Positions 27,420 through 42,200 of a stretch of DNA of 64,000 bases are shown here, piece after piece. Both the position numbers and the translations under genes were made by a program. Source of the stretch: Schmidtea polychroa (lineage: Eukaryota); NCBI GenBank assembly GCA_044892525.1, contig CM097888.1:39804001-39868000 (forward strand), read 5' to 3'. Below the pieces are notes generated by a model. That model was not told where the DNA came from. It was given only the letters and a program-made list of their open reading frames with translations, and ran no database searches. The first letter of the stretch is position 1, and each line of letters begins with the position of its first letter.

Positions 27420-29063
27420 TTAGAAATTGTCAGAATTCTTATTCATACCGTTTTCTTTTTTGGCCTCATTAATTTTATTTGTATAATTTGTTGTTTCTGA
27501 TAGAAGATGATGGATATTATGTTCTATTCCCGCAATTGAATTTCTCATACGTTTCACGTCATCGTAGCACTCCTCATATTTCCGTAAATAATCCTTTTTG
27601 CCTAACAATCCGCACTGCATTTGCAATGACCTGTTATTACCTTTGATGTAGTCTCTTAATTTTTTAATTTTGTTGCTGGACTTTTGTAATCGTTTAAAAT
27701 CTTTGTTTAAACTGACCAGTTTCAAATTGGAAATCCGCTTATCATGATCAGTGAAACTGATTTTCTCTTTAATATGACTTAACAAATGATTACAATTCGT
27801 TATTTTTCTGTTTAGCTTATTTATTGCTTCGCATCTTTCTTCAACCTTTTCATTGAAGGTTTGATTTTCGATTTTTAATTGTTCGAAATCAATTAAACGC
27901 AACCCACCCTCAAAGTTCTCTTTCGATCGCAGCGCTTTGTCAAATCGTGCATTTTTGTGTTCTAATTTCAAGTTGTGCAGTCTTTCAGCTTTGATAATGG
28001 CTTCTTTTTTAGATTCTGCAACGAAAAAGTCTCTGATCACGTCTGTATCCAACTTGAAACCGGTACGGCTGTGAAGAGCAGAATAGCCAACATTTTCCTG
28101 ATACTTGACGAAATCTTTATCGGCTATTTCAATTTGTTTGGTTTTCGTTTCGGATGTTGATTGTAGTTTCTCGATTTTTTCTTGATATTTGCTCGTTTCG
28201 GTATTTAATTCAGTCATTAAAACTAATAAAATTTCTCGGTAACGATCGTATTGAGTATTGAAGTCAACGATAAAATCTTTCTCTGATACTGTTTTTATAT
28301 TGCCCTTTTGTTTAGCTTTTACTAATTTGAAGTATTCAACAAGTTTGGACTGATAACCTACATTAGTGTCTAGTAAGTTTTTTCTTTCAAAAATCAGTTC
28401 TTTGATTCTACTTATCATGTTTAATCGATTGGCTAACCTTTCTGATGAAGAAATACTTTCCACCTCATTCAACAAATGTCGAGGCTGATGCTGAATAAAC
28501 TTTTGTTGATTTTCAAAATCGATGTCTTGGTCTGAGGAGACTCGTGTATTGTATAACTCGTTTAATAATTCTTGTCCTAAATCACATTCCTGCAAATCCA
28601 AAGACATATTTATTACTGATTCATCATTTAACCCAGAAATTCTGTCATCTTTGGAATTACCTCGAATATAATCGAATACTTTTTCATAGTGGTCCTGAAC
28701 ACTGTGGAAACTTCTTTTTGATTTGACATCAAAGGTAGAACCAAGATTTTGCGCTACTGAAAAACGAGTGTTTTCTTCTATTGACAACGCAGGTCTTGAG
28801 TCCTCATTTATTTCTTTAGTTTCATCTTCCATTATAGGAATTAGGTCCTTAATGACGTCTGTATCGATTATTTCTTTATTTTCCTTAATGAAAAAATTTA
28901 ATTTAATTTATAAATAAAAAGAATCTACTTGATCTTGGAAATTATCTGTTTCTGTGATTTCATTTAACATATCATTCTCCGTTGTATGCAATTCATTTTG
29001 TATGACGTACTCTGAAACATTTTCTTGTACAGACTCTGATTTGAGATTTTCATTATCATCCAT
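27420..29063 (-). CDS. CCDC96: Coiled-coil domain-containing protein 96 (CFAP184, DUF4201)
   Basis: GLRLIDFEQLKIENQTFNEKVEER..LSHIKEKI is the conserved DUF4201 core. Probable exon 1 at 29063-28929, then a 45-bp phase-0 intron, then exon 2 at 28883-27420. Confidence 0.88.
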
Positions 29064-30847
29064 TTATTTATTATAAATTTATTTTTATTGCATTTATGAA
29101 TCAATATTTCAAATAAATACGAAGATAATTTTTCTCATAAAAGATTATCATTATTATAAGACAGTATAAAGTGATGATTTCTTGGTAGTGGCATTTATTA
29201 ATTGTCAAACCATTAAATGATAATATAAGCCTTTTGCTGCGAATAATATATTTAATAAAATGAAAGAATTTTTATAGTTGGGAAATTTTTTCGTTTTATA
29301 ATACAGTTCTTAACCTTTTAAATTTACGAAGTACTTTTGATTGTATGAAAAATTTGCGGAGTAAAGATTTTTATTTAACAATAAAATGTTTATGGACACT
29401 GATTTTATTTATACGGGTTACAAAGACAAATTAAGAGAATGAAGACTATGAATCAGTAAATATATCGATGTTTTGATATATTTTCTGATTTATAGACTTC
29501 AAGCTCTTTTGAAAAATAACCAATAGGAACTTCTTTTTTGGAGTAATCAGATAATCTGTCCCTTATTTTCCTTCATTACCTGGCCTTATTACATGTCGCG
29601 CATTTCGAATACTGTTTGTATTTCACCTTTATAGTGACTACTACTCATAAAAATTTGAATAAAAAATGCTAAAATAATTTATAATGAGGGGTTTTGTCTG
29701 TTGACCTATATTTATCTTCTTGACTACTAGCGTAGTTCAATCTCGTAGTTGTTCCTATGGCTCAAATTCTAACAGTCACAACTAATAATTATGATTATCA
29801 AAACTCAATAGGATCAAACCACACTCGTCACAAATGACGTTCGTACTTTATAGCCTGCGCGGAATCAGAAAAAATAGAACTTACAGAACCTACTAAATCG
29901 CGGATTCCTCGGACCAAAGTTGTCAATAGAAGACACTATCGCATAATTTACTAGGGGTAACCCGGTCAATCATATCCCTCAATACTATCACGATTAACCC
30001 TGCAGAGCGCGCGCTAAGAAGATCGTTTATATATTCTTGGTTATTTGTTTTGTTTGGACGGATTCGTAGATATATATTCCGTAGATATATAATACATATG
30101 CCAAAAACAGTAAGACAAAACAGAAAGACAAAACAGTAAAAAAAACGGTAAAAAGTAAAAAACCATCAAAGATCGTCTGGGTTTGGAGGGTTAAATAGGA
30201 CTAAGTTTATTATTCAATGATTCAGTGATAGTTATCTTTATGCTAACTTGTGGTAAAATCGTGAAATTGAGTTGATCGATAAACGTCCAATATCATTGGT
30301 CCTTAGTTATTTAATACGAGTACGAGGGGTGGGGATCACTACCGGTGTTTATCCGCACCAAAAACTATTATAAACACAACAATATTTCAAAATTATTAAA
30401 TATTTAAATGCCCCTGGTTCTCAGATATCAATGGAATAATTATTGTCAAACACGATTCAACATCAGATAATTTATTATTCTAAGAATAAATTCAGGTACT
30501 AAATTGATCTATCAAATAAACTTTTATTTCGTCTCTAAGTAATTTGATTATTTGGCTCCATTTAAGCGTGGTACGATATAAAATAGATGATCATCACTGA
30601 TCTAAAATAATCAATAAAATTAAAACTTAATTTAAGAAAATATAAACGACAATAAATATTTTCACCATTAGGTTTTTTGAATAAAATGGGAAAAAAACTT
30701 TGAAGTTAACATTCAATATAATTATTTTGATAAATGTAAGATTCGTAAAACTAATTAAAAATATTTATAGAAGCTATATTAGTACAATTAGATTGCAAAA
30801 TGAACTCAAATTTATTAATAAAAAATATCAATTAGCAAATCATTGGA

Positions 30848-31279
30848 TTACTTTGTACCAAACATTGGTAATGAAGTGATATATTCATCTAATTTCTGTG
30901 TAAATAGATTTGAATCAACTTCTTCATGAGGCTGACAAAATGGATTCTTAGTAACATACTCAACATAAATGTTATTATAAATATAATAACATTCTTCGGT
31001 CAAAATTCCACAACTATTATCGGTGACCATCACTATTTTAGTACCTGTTGGAAATTCAATGTAGTGCAATTTATATTTGCTTGTTGAAAAATTAAATGAA
31101 TCAATTATGTTATCTGATGGTGTTAATTTATTAACAAAACTTTTCATAGCCGATAGAAAGCCACCAATTAATTCTTTGGTTTTGCTTTTATCGCTATTTT
31201 CAATTTTAGTTTTAATCCAATCATGATAAAATATAATTTGATTATTTTTATTAAAAATATAAATCTCATAAATTGTCAT
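30848..31279 (-). CDS. TRAPPC1: TRAPP complex subunit 1 (Bet5), single exon
   Basis: MTIYEIYIFNK..YHDW..LIGGFLSAMKSFVNKL..FSTSKYKLHYIEFPTGTKIVMVTD..IYVEYVTKNP..LFTQKLDEYI, 143 aa. Confidence 0.92.
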   Translation of the reverse strand: MTIYEIYIFNKNNQIIFYHDWIKTKIENSDKSKTKELIGGFLSAMKSFVNKLTPSDNIIDSFNFSTSKYKLHYIEFPTGTKIVMVTDNSCGILTEECYYIYNNIYVEYVTKNPFCQPHEEVDSNLFTQKLDEYITSLPMFGTK

Positions 31280-33263
31280 TTTAAAAATAAGAATATGTTG
31301 TATTAAAATTTATATATTTTAAACAAAAAGAAATATCTTTACTACTACATATTTTATTAAAATTTTATGATTTTTGAAAACAACAATCATTTCAAAAATG
31401 TTATAAATACAAATTTCTTGTTCTTAATGGTGTCTGCAAATTTGTTAACAAATGAATTGCTGTGAAAATTATTTAATATTTTATATTTTTAAGAATCAAT
31501 AAATGATTATGTATATAATTTTTAAAATATAATAAAATTTATTTTAACAAATATTAATGTTGAGATGCGTTTATTGTAATAAGATCACTAATTCAATTTT
31601 GGTCTAGATATAGTTAGTAAATTTTTGATCTCAAAATTTCTTAATTCTAATCTAAAATAAAACGACATTTAAATTCATCAACTTAGAATCTGGTATTAGT
31701 CGCCGAGTCCATTTATTTTCCATTTGTGGGAGTATCCACTGATACACGGTAATGGTACCAGTAAATGTATAACTCGAGTTGGTATTGGTAAGATAAAGGG
31801 AAAAAGAAGTGGTTCGTTTCGTTTTGCCAGTCAATTCTTCCTCCAATTCGTTCTTTGTTAGTTTATCAGCCATACATTAGTTGGCTGGCTAGACTCTTCG
31901 AAAGTCCATTTCTTGAAATCGATCTTCAACTTTCGAGTTTCGATTTTCAACTGGGATACCTTCGCCTCTTCAGGCCAGAACCCGGATTCTTAAATCTTTA
32001 GATTTTGTTCTTTCAGGTGGATGCATTTGAGTTGTAAATAGTCCTTAGTGACATGAACTTCTAGCGTCGACATACGCAGTTTTATATAGACAAATTCGGG
32101 TACATAAGAAATAAATAATGAATGGCAAGGGATTCTGAAGTTTTTATAAGAATACTTTAGCCTTATTATATAAAGTTTCATTTAAATTAGTAGATATTTT
32201 GATCAACAATTTGTATTTTCTAATACGAATGTTCAAAAATAAATATATCGTAACATTTTATTATTTTTTTGCATTCTTTTTCTTCTAGCCTGTGTATATT
32301 AGCTTATCATATTAGATTAATGCATATTATATTAGATTATTAGTGTATATTAGAATATCACTGTACACAGTGATGTGATGGTTAAATTCTAACAACCAAA
32401 TCGCGCCTTAGTAAACATTAATCTCAAATTATTATACAATTTTTTCAAATTACAAAAACTTTATTATACATTTACAAAATTATTTATATACATTATATAA
32501 TTTATACATTACATTTATACATTCCAAATATTTGTTGGGTAGTCAACAAACATTCACTTGCAACTAGGGGATGAAGGTCAATAAAATTAAACAAGCTCTA
32601 TTTGTCGACCGCAAGTCAATTTTTATTTAAGTAAACTTAATGCTGGGTATGCGTGTTGTGTACTGACACTTTTAGTCCCCTTCCTAACTTTGGGTTAAGA
32701 AATCAGTTCTAGCCCAACACTATTGTGTATCGAGATAAGGCCACATATAGAGGATCTGCATTCGGTTTTTCTACGACCATTAAGTTGGAACAACATATTA
32801 TCATCAAGTTCCTTTTCGATTGTGGTTTTAGGGTAAAGATGTTACACATATGTGAGTGAGGTAGGAGAGAGAGCTGGAATATTCTTAGAAGTAATTTGTA
32901 TTTTTGTTAAGGACATCCATTTGCAAGTCAAGCCTAAATAACTCCTGGATCTCTGTACATTGAAAAGAAGTAGAAGTGGATGGAGGGGATCAGTGTTAGT
33001 ATTAAGAAGAAGGGTACCTTTAATTGACTCAGAAGGAGTGCTTTTAAGAGGAGGTGTATAATGAATCTTGTAGGGAGTTGGAGTATTAGGAGTGCTATGA
33101 TGAGGTGATGCATATTTATTCATCATAAAGGGAGATTCAGTTGCAGCTAGTTGCTGAGAGATGACATTAATTGGTGACGATATTTTATAAGAGTGAATGG
33201 GTGTGGAAGTATTAGTAGCAGACCGAGAGCTTTCAAATATGCTAACATCGTCTATGTCAGAGT

Positions 33264-35662
33264 CAGGGCCTAGGAGAGAGAGTGCGGGACCCGGGGGCAA
33301 ATTTTTTGGGGCCCCTTTTTAATAATTAAAAAATATATATAGTTAGCGACAACACAATATAAAAACAAATTTTATTATATTAATGATTTACGGGCTTTTG
33401 CAAATTTATCAATTATTTCACTAAAATTTAGGTTTCTTGCAATATCGTTATTAATATGCAGCATTCCTAATCCATTAAGCCGCTCTTAGCCAGTGTAAAT
33501 TTCAAGAAATTCTTAATACGTTTTTGAGCTGAAAACGTACGTTCATGTGCAGGAACTTTGTCTTTTAATTTTCGCCAACCTTTATCACGGTTCCAATCTT
33601 TTGTGAAATTACTTGCTAATTCATTTGCAAATAAGCAGCAAGCACAGTAAATAGATTTTTTCGACTCACTATAATAAATCCAATCCCGAGATGCCTTTTC
33701 TCCATTCTGAAGCGTTTTATTAAAGATATGAACTGGAAATGTTTTGTTTTCGATGTCAATTGGAAGTGATTGAGGAATCATGCGCTCAGCATTCAAGAAT
33801 GTTTTTCTTATATTTGGATCGTTTGACTGAAGAAGAGCGATATCAAAACGACTTTTGAAACTAAATAATGATCATTATCTAAATCACTCGACGCATTCAA
33901 TTTTTTTCTTCTGCAACTGTCAAATCTTCATGTTCTTGAACGAATGTATCAAATGAATTGCCATTGACTGATACGTTTATTGATTCAAAAGAATCTTCTT
34001 CATTGTTTTGGCTTGCTCTCTTCAAAAATGAGGTGATCTTCGCTGATTTATAGATAGCTTCTTTTCGCTTCTTAATGTCTTTTCGTTTTTCTGCTCCACT
34101 TTTGTGTCTTTTAATCTAAATTAAATATTCATTAAATTAAGGGATATATTTCATTCGAAAACAAATTTTCATACCTTTTGTTCACTTCTTTTAGTATTAA
34201 AATTTATTGAAATTAATTTTTATCAAATAGAAGAACAAACAAAATAAACAAACTTTATTTCAGTTTAACACCGACAATTTTAAATTTAAAACTTCAATGA
34301 GAAATTTGCGAAATATTTCAAGCCGTTTCATTTCATTTTTTTAGTAGAGAAATTTTAATGAAATTTAAAATATTCTTTCGAATTCCACGCTAGTTGGGTT
34401 TAAATTAGGGGTCCCAATATCATATCATTAATAAACGGATATTTTTAAAAATATTTTTAAAAATCTCTTATTCGTGGATTTTAATAACGATCAAGCAATT
34501 TTAAATGACGAATTCCTAATCTTAGATCAATCTGATTTATTTAAAAACATGTTAGATTGGTATATAAGAGCAAAGAAGTTATATCATTAGTCCTGTTGAG
34601 GATACTTAAATGGAAAATAACATAATAAATAAATAAATTGCCTGGGGGAAGATCGTCATGACAAATTGGACGATCTATGGGAACTCAGAAAAGAAAACAG
34701 AAGTAAAAAGAAATTAAAAATGAGAAAGATAAATCAAATAAAAGGAAACAAACAAGAAATTAAAACAAAGGTCATTGTTAATTAAGAAGTACAAATGAAG
34801 GTGGAATTTCAAATTCCAGAAAAACAAAATAAGGGGAAAAGCCGTATCTTGACAGCCTGTCAAAGATAGCGAAATTGTCGGGAGAATGCGGCTTAACAGA
34901 AAAGGAAATGGGAAAATATCTTGACATCTGTCAAAGATAAGGCTGACGTAGAGGAAAAGGAAAATGATAAACAGAATCTGTCGCCAGTGCCACAAACCAA
35001 ACAACTATATAAAGGAAAACTGGTGGACGAGAAATCAAAACATATTGAGAACAAATTGAGAGCAAATTTAGAACAAATTTAGAGCGAAAAGTGGAACGGA
35101 AACAGAACGAAGTTGAGAGCAAAACGAAACGAAATTAGTGACAAAAAGTAGAGTAAAATTAGAAACGACAGAGTAAAACGGGGAATCAAAACAGAGTGAA
35201 AAGAATCTTTTATAAAATTGAATATAAAGTAAAAGTTGAGTAAATAAATTGTGTGGTCAAAGCAAATAGAACAATCGATCAATTGAGTAGTTGACGGCTA
35301 GTGATTATTGTTGTGGTTACAGAAAGGGCTATTCTTCACGTATTGTCTAAATAAGATCTGTGTGATAAATTGGTTTATAGTTAATTGGTTGTAATTGAAA
35401 TTTGTACTATTACGTGTGCATATTAATAAAGCTTATTGTGTTCGAAAGTGTTGAATTGCGAATTAATAAACACGCTTTGGAGCCAGATTAAAGGTTTGAA
35501 TTTACCAATATTGTCACCAACTCAATAACCCAACAGTCCATTTTCAAATTGTTGAATTTTTAAAAACTAATTTTTGTTTCCAAAAAATTTCTTCAAATAA
35601 AATTTTGAAGATTTGAGGCCCGGGGTCAGTGGCCCCTCTGGCCTCGCCTCTCCTAGGGCCTG
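33264..35662 (-). mobile_element. Non-autonomous hAT element (ZMYM1/TTF-zinc-finger type), internally deleted
   Basis: TIRs CAGGGCCTAGGAGAG / CTCTCCTAGGGCCTG (one mismatch). 8-bp TSD GTCAGAGT (33256-33263) / GTCTGAGT (35663-35670). In ORF 33467-33796 the TTF finger (RDWIYYS..IYCACCLF..GWRKL..HE) is joined directly to the hAT C-terminal ERTFSAQKRIKNFL motif. Confidence 0.85.
34550..35535 (+). mobile_element. Putative solo LTR nested inside the hAT element
   Basis: TGTT...AACA termini, about 1 kb, A-rich non-coding body, AATAAA near the 3' end. The 3' part resembles the reverse complement of 50290-50400. No TSD found. Confidence 0.4.
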
Positions 35663-36223
35663 GTCTGAGTTGAAAAGGTTGACAGGATTTTGAGGGAATT
35701 AATTTATCCACGCCAAGAAAGTCAATCACATCGTCAAGATCACAATTATAATGAAGGTTATCAAGGTTGCTTTGGGAAGAAGATGAGGTTTTGTCCTTCA
35801 CACGCCTTTAACAAACCCACAGCGATAATTTTCAAATAAACCCGTATTTTAAAAACCATATCTCCGAACGGAAATTATTTTAGCAACCGGCTCGAAAAAG
35901 GCAGTACATCACTCTCTGTATAATAATATATTACATTTATACTTGAATAAAAGATATTTACAAATGTAAAATTTTATTCTATTGTTTTATCAGCAATCTC
36001 ATATTTTATGTTCTTCAAAATTTAAATAAATAACAACTTTTAAAAGTGGTTTGTTTTAATATTTATTTATTCATCAAACTTTAAAATATAATTTTAGTTT
36101 TGAAAATTAATTTTTAAAAATATCTTAATATTTTAAAAATTCTTTAAAGCTTAAAATTTTCCTTAGTCATTTAAATGTATTATTGAAATCATTAAAACAT
36201 TGTTTTGAATTGTGATAAGTTAA

Positions 36224-39200
36224 ATGCTTGGAAACCAGAGTTATGTCGAATTTTTCGCCAGATGTGATCAAAGTTCTGAAATAATTAACCTGAAAATTCC
36301 TTTTAATTCTCACTTTGATGATGTACTTAAGTGTCTACAGAAAGCTTTTAATAAAGAAGAGATTTCTTATTTTGAATATCTTGATGAAGATGATGATAAT
36401 GTAGTTGTCAGCTGTGAAGAAGGACTACAATCTGTATTTTCATATTATTCAGATATTATTAAAGATTCCAGTGATCTCGAAGAAATCCCTAAACCGCTGC
36501 AAGTTTGTGTTAAAACTAACACATCTGAATCAAGTGTACTTTTAGCCGAAAGCCCGAATTTGACCATATCAATTGACTATCATATGTTCCCCAATGAAAA
36601 AGATTATAATTCTAACAATAGCTCGATAAGTCACAGTGGTTCTATTAGCGGTAGTGGTGGAGTTTTCATATCTACTTCAGCTGATGAACGAGCATATCAA
36701 TTAACTAATGGGGATTTTAATTCAATTTCACCAATATCAGATGACAATTATGACAAAACACGTAAGTCCTATTATTTTANNNNNNNNNNNNNNNNNNNNN
36801 NNNNNNNNNNNNNNNNNNNNNNNNNNNNNNNNNNNNNNNNNNNNNNNNNNNNNNNNNNNNNNNNNNNNNNNNNNNNNNNNNNNNNNNNNNNNNNNNNNNN
36901 NNNNNNNNNNNNNNNNNNNNNNNNNNNNNNNNNNNNNNNNNNNNNNNNNNNNNNNNNNNNNNNNNNNNNNNNNNNNNNNNNNNNNNNNNNNNNNNNNNNN
37001 NNNNNNNNNNNNNNNNNNNNNNNNNNNNNNNNNNNNNNNNNNNNNNNNNNAAATTTTTGACCAGATTTGATTTTAAATGTTTCATTTATTTAAGATTTTA
37101 AACTAACTGAAATTTAAGTAAATTTTTAATTTAAATCTTTCTTTTTCTTATCTTTCAATGACGCATTCGAAATGTTTCTAATCGTTCTGAAATGCTTTTC
37201 TATTACTCCTTTTTGCACTGTGATGACTTGATCTCATACTACACCAACACATTGCATTATGAAGGAAGTTTTCTTTATTGATCCGAACTCACTTATAAGG
37301 TATTTAGTACAAAGAAATTTACTGCAAATATAGTTTTGTCCAATAGATAATCTATTGATATAATTATTCATTGGTTATATCTCATCGGTAACATGAGGTA
37401 GAAACAAATAAGCACCTGTTCCAAATTAAGCTCTATGATGAATGGAAAGTTTATCTTAAATGATGTTTTATGTATACACTTCCTAAAAACATTTCCTAAC
37501 TCATTTCCTAAAAGCGCGATATCTAATTTCCTAAAAGCGCGATACCTCATTTCCTAAAAGCGCGATATCTCATTTCCTAAAAGCGCGATATCTCATTTCC
37601 TAAAAGCGCGATATCTCATTTCCTAAAAGCGCGATATCTCATTTCCTAAAAGCGCGATATCTCATTTCCTAAAAGCGCGATATCTCATTTCCTAAAAGCG
37701 CGATATCTCATTTCCTAAAAGCGCGATATCTCATTTCCTAAAAGCGCGATATCTCATTTCCTAAAAGCGCGATATCTCATTTCCTAAAAGCGCGATATCT
37801 CATTTCCTAAAAGCGCGATATCTCATTTCCTAAAAGCGTGATATCTCATTTCCTAAAAGCGTGATATCTCATTTCCTAAAAGCGCGATATCTCATTTCCT
37901 AAAAGCGTGATATCTCATTTCCTAAAAGCGCGATATCTCATTTCCTAAAAGCGCGATATCTCATTTCCTAAAAGCGCGATATCTCATTTCCTAAAAGCGT
38001 GATATCTCATTTCCTAAAGGCGCGATATTTCATTTCCTAAAAGCGTGATATCTCATTTCCTAAAAGCGCGATATCTCATTTCCTGAAAGCGCGATATCTC
38101 ATTTCCTAAAAGCGCGATATCTCATTTCCTAAGAGGGCGATATCCCATTTCCTAAAAGCGCGATATCCCATTTCCTAAAAGCGCGATACCTCATTTCCTA
38201 AAAGCGGGATATCTCATTTCCTAAAAGCGTGATATCTCAGTTTTCAATTTTTTCACTATAGGGACTTCGGTAAAAAGACATACGAATCTAATAAGATTAT
38301 TCAAAATAATGACACATGCCTTCTTCTTTTATCTAGATCAGTGGTACGCAAACTTTTTACCTCCCGGCACAAAATAGAAAAAAAAGTCAAGGCACAAATA
38401 GAAAGAATGTATCTTTTATATAGAATTTTTTTAATAAAATGAAATTACATGTATATATTTTATTTAATGGGATGAGTGCGCTTGTTTTTTGTCGCAAATA
38501 AATTTTATACGTGGTTCGATTTTTGTTAAACAAACTCGCAGCTCATCATCCAACATTAGCAATCGCTCTCTTTTTAGATTTAATCTCTGTGAGTGCAGAG
38601 AATCCGAATTCGCACAGATATGAGGATCCAAATGGCAGCAGAGATTTGATGGCTTTTAAACTTAAATCACGATATTGACTTTTTACGAAAATCCAAAATT
38701 CTGGCAAGTCCTTCTAAGCAAGCGCAGCTTTCAAAACTACATCATTTTTCAATTCAATGAGTTTTTCTTCTTCTGCCAAAGACAGAGACACATCATTGTG
38801 GCATATGAATGGAAGTATCAAGCGACGGAAAATATTTGGAGAAAGATGAAAAAAGATTTTGCAATGTTTCATAGATTTGGTTCATTATTTTGCTCTGATT
38901 TTGAGAAGCATGGACACCTGGCAAAAATTCAATGTTATTTTTTTTGTCTGTCTGATCCAAAATTGCAGTTTTTCATCGAATGCTTTGAGTTTTCCTGTAA
39001 TTGTGATCATATTTTCTTTCTCACCTTGCAGACTTAAATTAAGTAAGTTCAATTTTTCAAATAAATCGTTCAGAAAAATAACTTCCAGCCACCATATATC
39101 GCTTTCAAGAAACTCGAACTTACCACCTTCAGTAGAAAAATAGGAAATAATCTCAGTTTGCAAACTGACAACACGAGCAAGCACTTTCCCCTTCGAGAGC

Positions 39201-42200
39201 CATCGGACTTCTGTATGAAATAGTAAACTTTTGTGATCTGAATCCATTGCCTCACATAAAGACGTAAATATTCTTGTCCGAAGCGGATTTGACTTGATGT
39301 AGTTCACTACTTTGATTACTTCATTCATTGTTTGCAGAAGCTGAGTGGGCAGAGCTTTTGAAAGTAAAACTTCTCGATGAATCATACAGTGCACAATTTT
39401 TACTTGTGGATTGCGATGCAAAACATGAGCAACAAAGCCTTTGTTCCGTCCTTGCATTGCTGGAGCTCCGTCAGTGCAGACACTAACACAGTTATCCCAT
39501 TGGAGTCCCTTTGATTGAACTTTTTGATTGACCAGCTCAAAAACATCTTTTCCCGTGGTATTTTTCGTCAGCTCACTACAGAAGAAAAATTGGTTTTTAA
39601 TTTTTCCTTCTCTGATTAATCGTAGAAACGCAATCAACTGAGCTTTGCTACTGATATCAGTCGATTCGTCAATTTGAAGCGCCCAGAGTTTTTCAAGTTC
39701 ATCTGTATTTGCTACGAAATACTCATGAATCTGATTGTCAACGTCCTGCGACATGTGTTGAATTCTTCGAGAAATTGTATCAGCTGACAACGGAATTTGC
39801 TTAATTTTTTCGACTGCTTGATGGTCGAACATTAATTCAACGGCAATTTCTAACGCTGGCAAAATAATCTTTTCGTCATCAGTATGTGACTTTTTATTTT
39901 TGCATAAAAGTTGAGCAATTTTATAGCTAGAAATTTGGGCTTTTTTAGGGATCGAACAAAATACCTTAATTTGTTTTGACTGCCTCTGTAAATTAGTTCG
40001 GAAGTGGTCAAAGTACATTTTTGGTTTATTCTTCATTTCTGGATGTTTTGTTTCCAAATGTTGATGAAGCTTACTTGGTACCATTGATTCATTCACAAGA
40101 GTTTTTGAGCAAATTAAGCAAAAAGGAAGAGAACTATCATTTTCTGATGGAATAAACCCAATTTCAATATAGTCGTCTTGATATTTGTGCTTTGCCAAAC
40201 TGTTTGATTTCGCATTTGATTTTGGATTTGGATTTTGGACATTTTCATGTCCAGTTTTCTGAGTTCTTGATACAAATTTATCCATAAGGATGCCTTGTAT
40301 TAAAATAAATTAGTAATGGCTGTTAAGAAAAATATATTAAATTACTTGCTTGGAATAACAACAATTTAGATCACTACCAATTAATTAATAACCTTTGTCA
40401 AATCGAAGAAATATCTGGAATTTTTATCAGTTACTAATAATAATCGATAATAATAATAATGTTTTTATTAAATAACTTCTATTCACTTACGATACAAACA
40501 AAATAATGAGTTCTACAAATTTCCCCACTATAAATTTTGAAATTTTTTACTAATGGCTTTATTCCAATCATAGTATTAAAAATTTCAAAGAAAAATAGCA
40601 AGCCTACTATGGAAAATTTAAAACAAATTTGAATTTTCCATAAAAAATTCAATTAAATAACGGTCACTTTTATCAATTATTGTTACTTCTTGACAGTGTT
40701 TTGTTTTTATTAAATAACTACAAAAAAAATATTTTCGTACTAAATATTTAAGCATTAGCGGCACATTTTAAATTCTTTTACGGCACACTAATATGCCGCG
40801 GCACATAGTTTGCGTACCACTGGTCTAGATGGTAAAATAGATGTTTTATGAGTAATTTGAACATTATATTTACTGTTTTTATATAATTCTTATATTATTC
40901 TACTTATATTATTCTACTAAAGAATATTGGGACCTTTTTTGTTGATAAATTAAGAAAACTTCTTTTTTTAATGGGCTTATGTGTGATGGAATAATAGTAG
41001 TACAACCTTCTATGAAAAAAAGATAAAATTAATGAGAAATTATTCGCCTCTATGACACTGTCCTATGCTGATTAGGAAACAAATAATAAAAACGTAAAAT
41101 TAAATTTTAAATCTTAATAGCCTCTCTGTCAATTGAAAACAAAATTTTGCGATCATTCAAAAATATCGGGTATTATTTCGATTGTTTTTGTACACAAACA
41201 TATATTATTAACTGATATATTGAACAATTGAATGTATGTGTCGTAGTTATAACTTATTAGGTAGTTTTCATTTCAAATACTATTTTATAATATATAATTT
41301 TTAAGTAACTAAATATAACTAGAATTGATGTAATATATTAAATCAAATTTCAAAGCTAATATGAAAAGCAAAATTTGGAATTTTTTCGAAATAAACACTG
41401 TTAATCAATCTTATGCAAACTGCTTGATCTGCATGATGAAGCTGAAACATGGCAGCAAGAATCCAAGGTCGTATGCGTTCAAAGCATCCGGAAAAACACA
41501 CCGAATATATGCAAAAATGCAAAAATTAAAAATTAAGGCCAGTGATACTAATATTAGGCTTGCTGAGGATGCAAAAAGGCCTAAGCAGCAAAATCTCGAT
41601 GCCTATATTGAAAGAACGCGTCCCTTTGAAATGCTTATAACAATTTGAATTACTGGGATGATAGTCTTGGATGCGCAGCCATTTTAGGTTGTAAATGATA
41701 TTGAATTTCGACGGGTTGTGTACGAATTAGAGCCTCGGTATAACATTCCACATCAAACACATTTTTCAAGAGTAGTGATACCAGATATTTTTGTAGCAGT
41801 AAAAACAAAGATTCAAAATATAGTAAAGCATTCGAGTTATATATGTTTTACTTCTGATATGTGGACAGCAACTAATAATATGAATTCATTTCTATCTTTA
41901 ACAGCGCATTGGATCAACGAGAAATGGGAGCGAAAATTCGTTGTATTAGCAATGCGAAGTGTTAACCGTCGAACTGATCGCTAATACAATATTGAGTTTG
42001 CTCGATGAATTTAAAATTGATGTGAAAATGCGTGGTTTGCTTGTAAGGGATAATGAATCCAGCATGATCAAGGCGGCACCCCGACAAAAGAGAGCCGACA
42101 TAAGACTACCTAAGAAGCCCACAACTTAGCTGTATAAATGTAACTATAAAGAAACGTTTTATTAGTTTGAACGTCCTTTCATTTTGTTACATTTCATTTC

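Noticed and set aside
29685-30380. GC-richer non-coding block, possible solo LTR
   Set aside because: No convincing TG..CA termini, TSD or second copy. It could equally be regulatory DNA between CCDC96 and TRAPPC1.
31650-33260. Short minus-strand ORFs (including 32842-33300) that might be LINE remnants
   Set aside because: Only a vague FWPE motif and Ser/Pro/Thr-biased composition. No diagnostic endonuclease or RT motif.
37500-38240. CRISPR-like regular repeat
   Set aside because: Units are head-to-tail with no unique spacers, the context is a eukaryotic intron, and there are no cas genes. It is a minisatellite.
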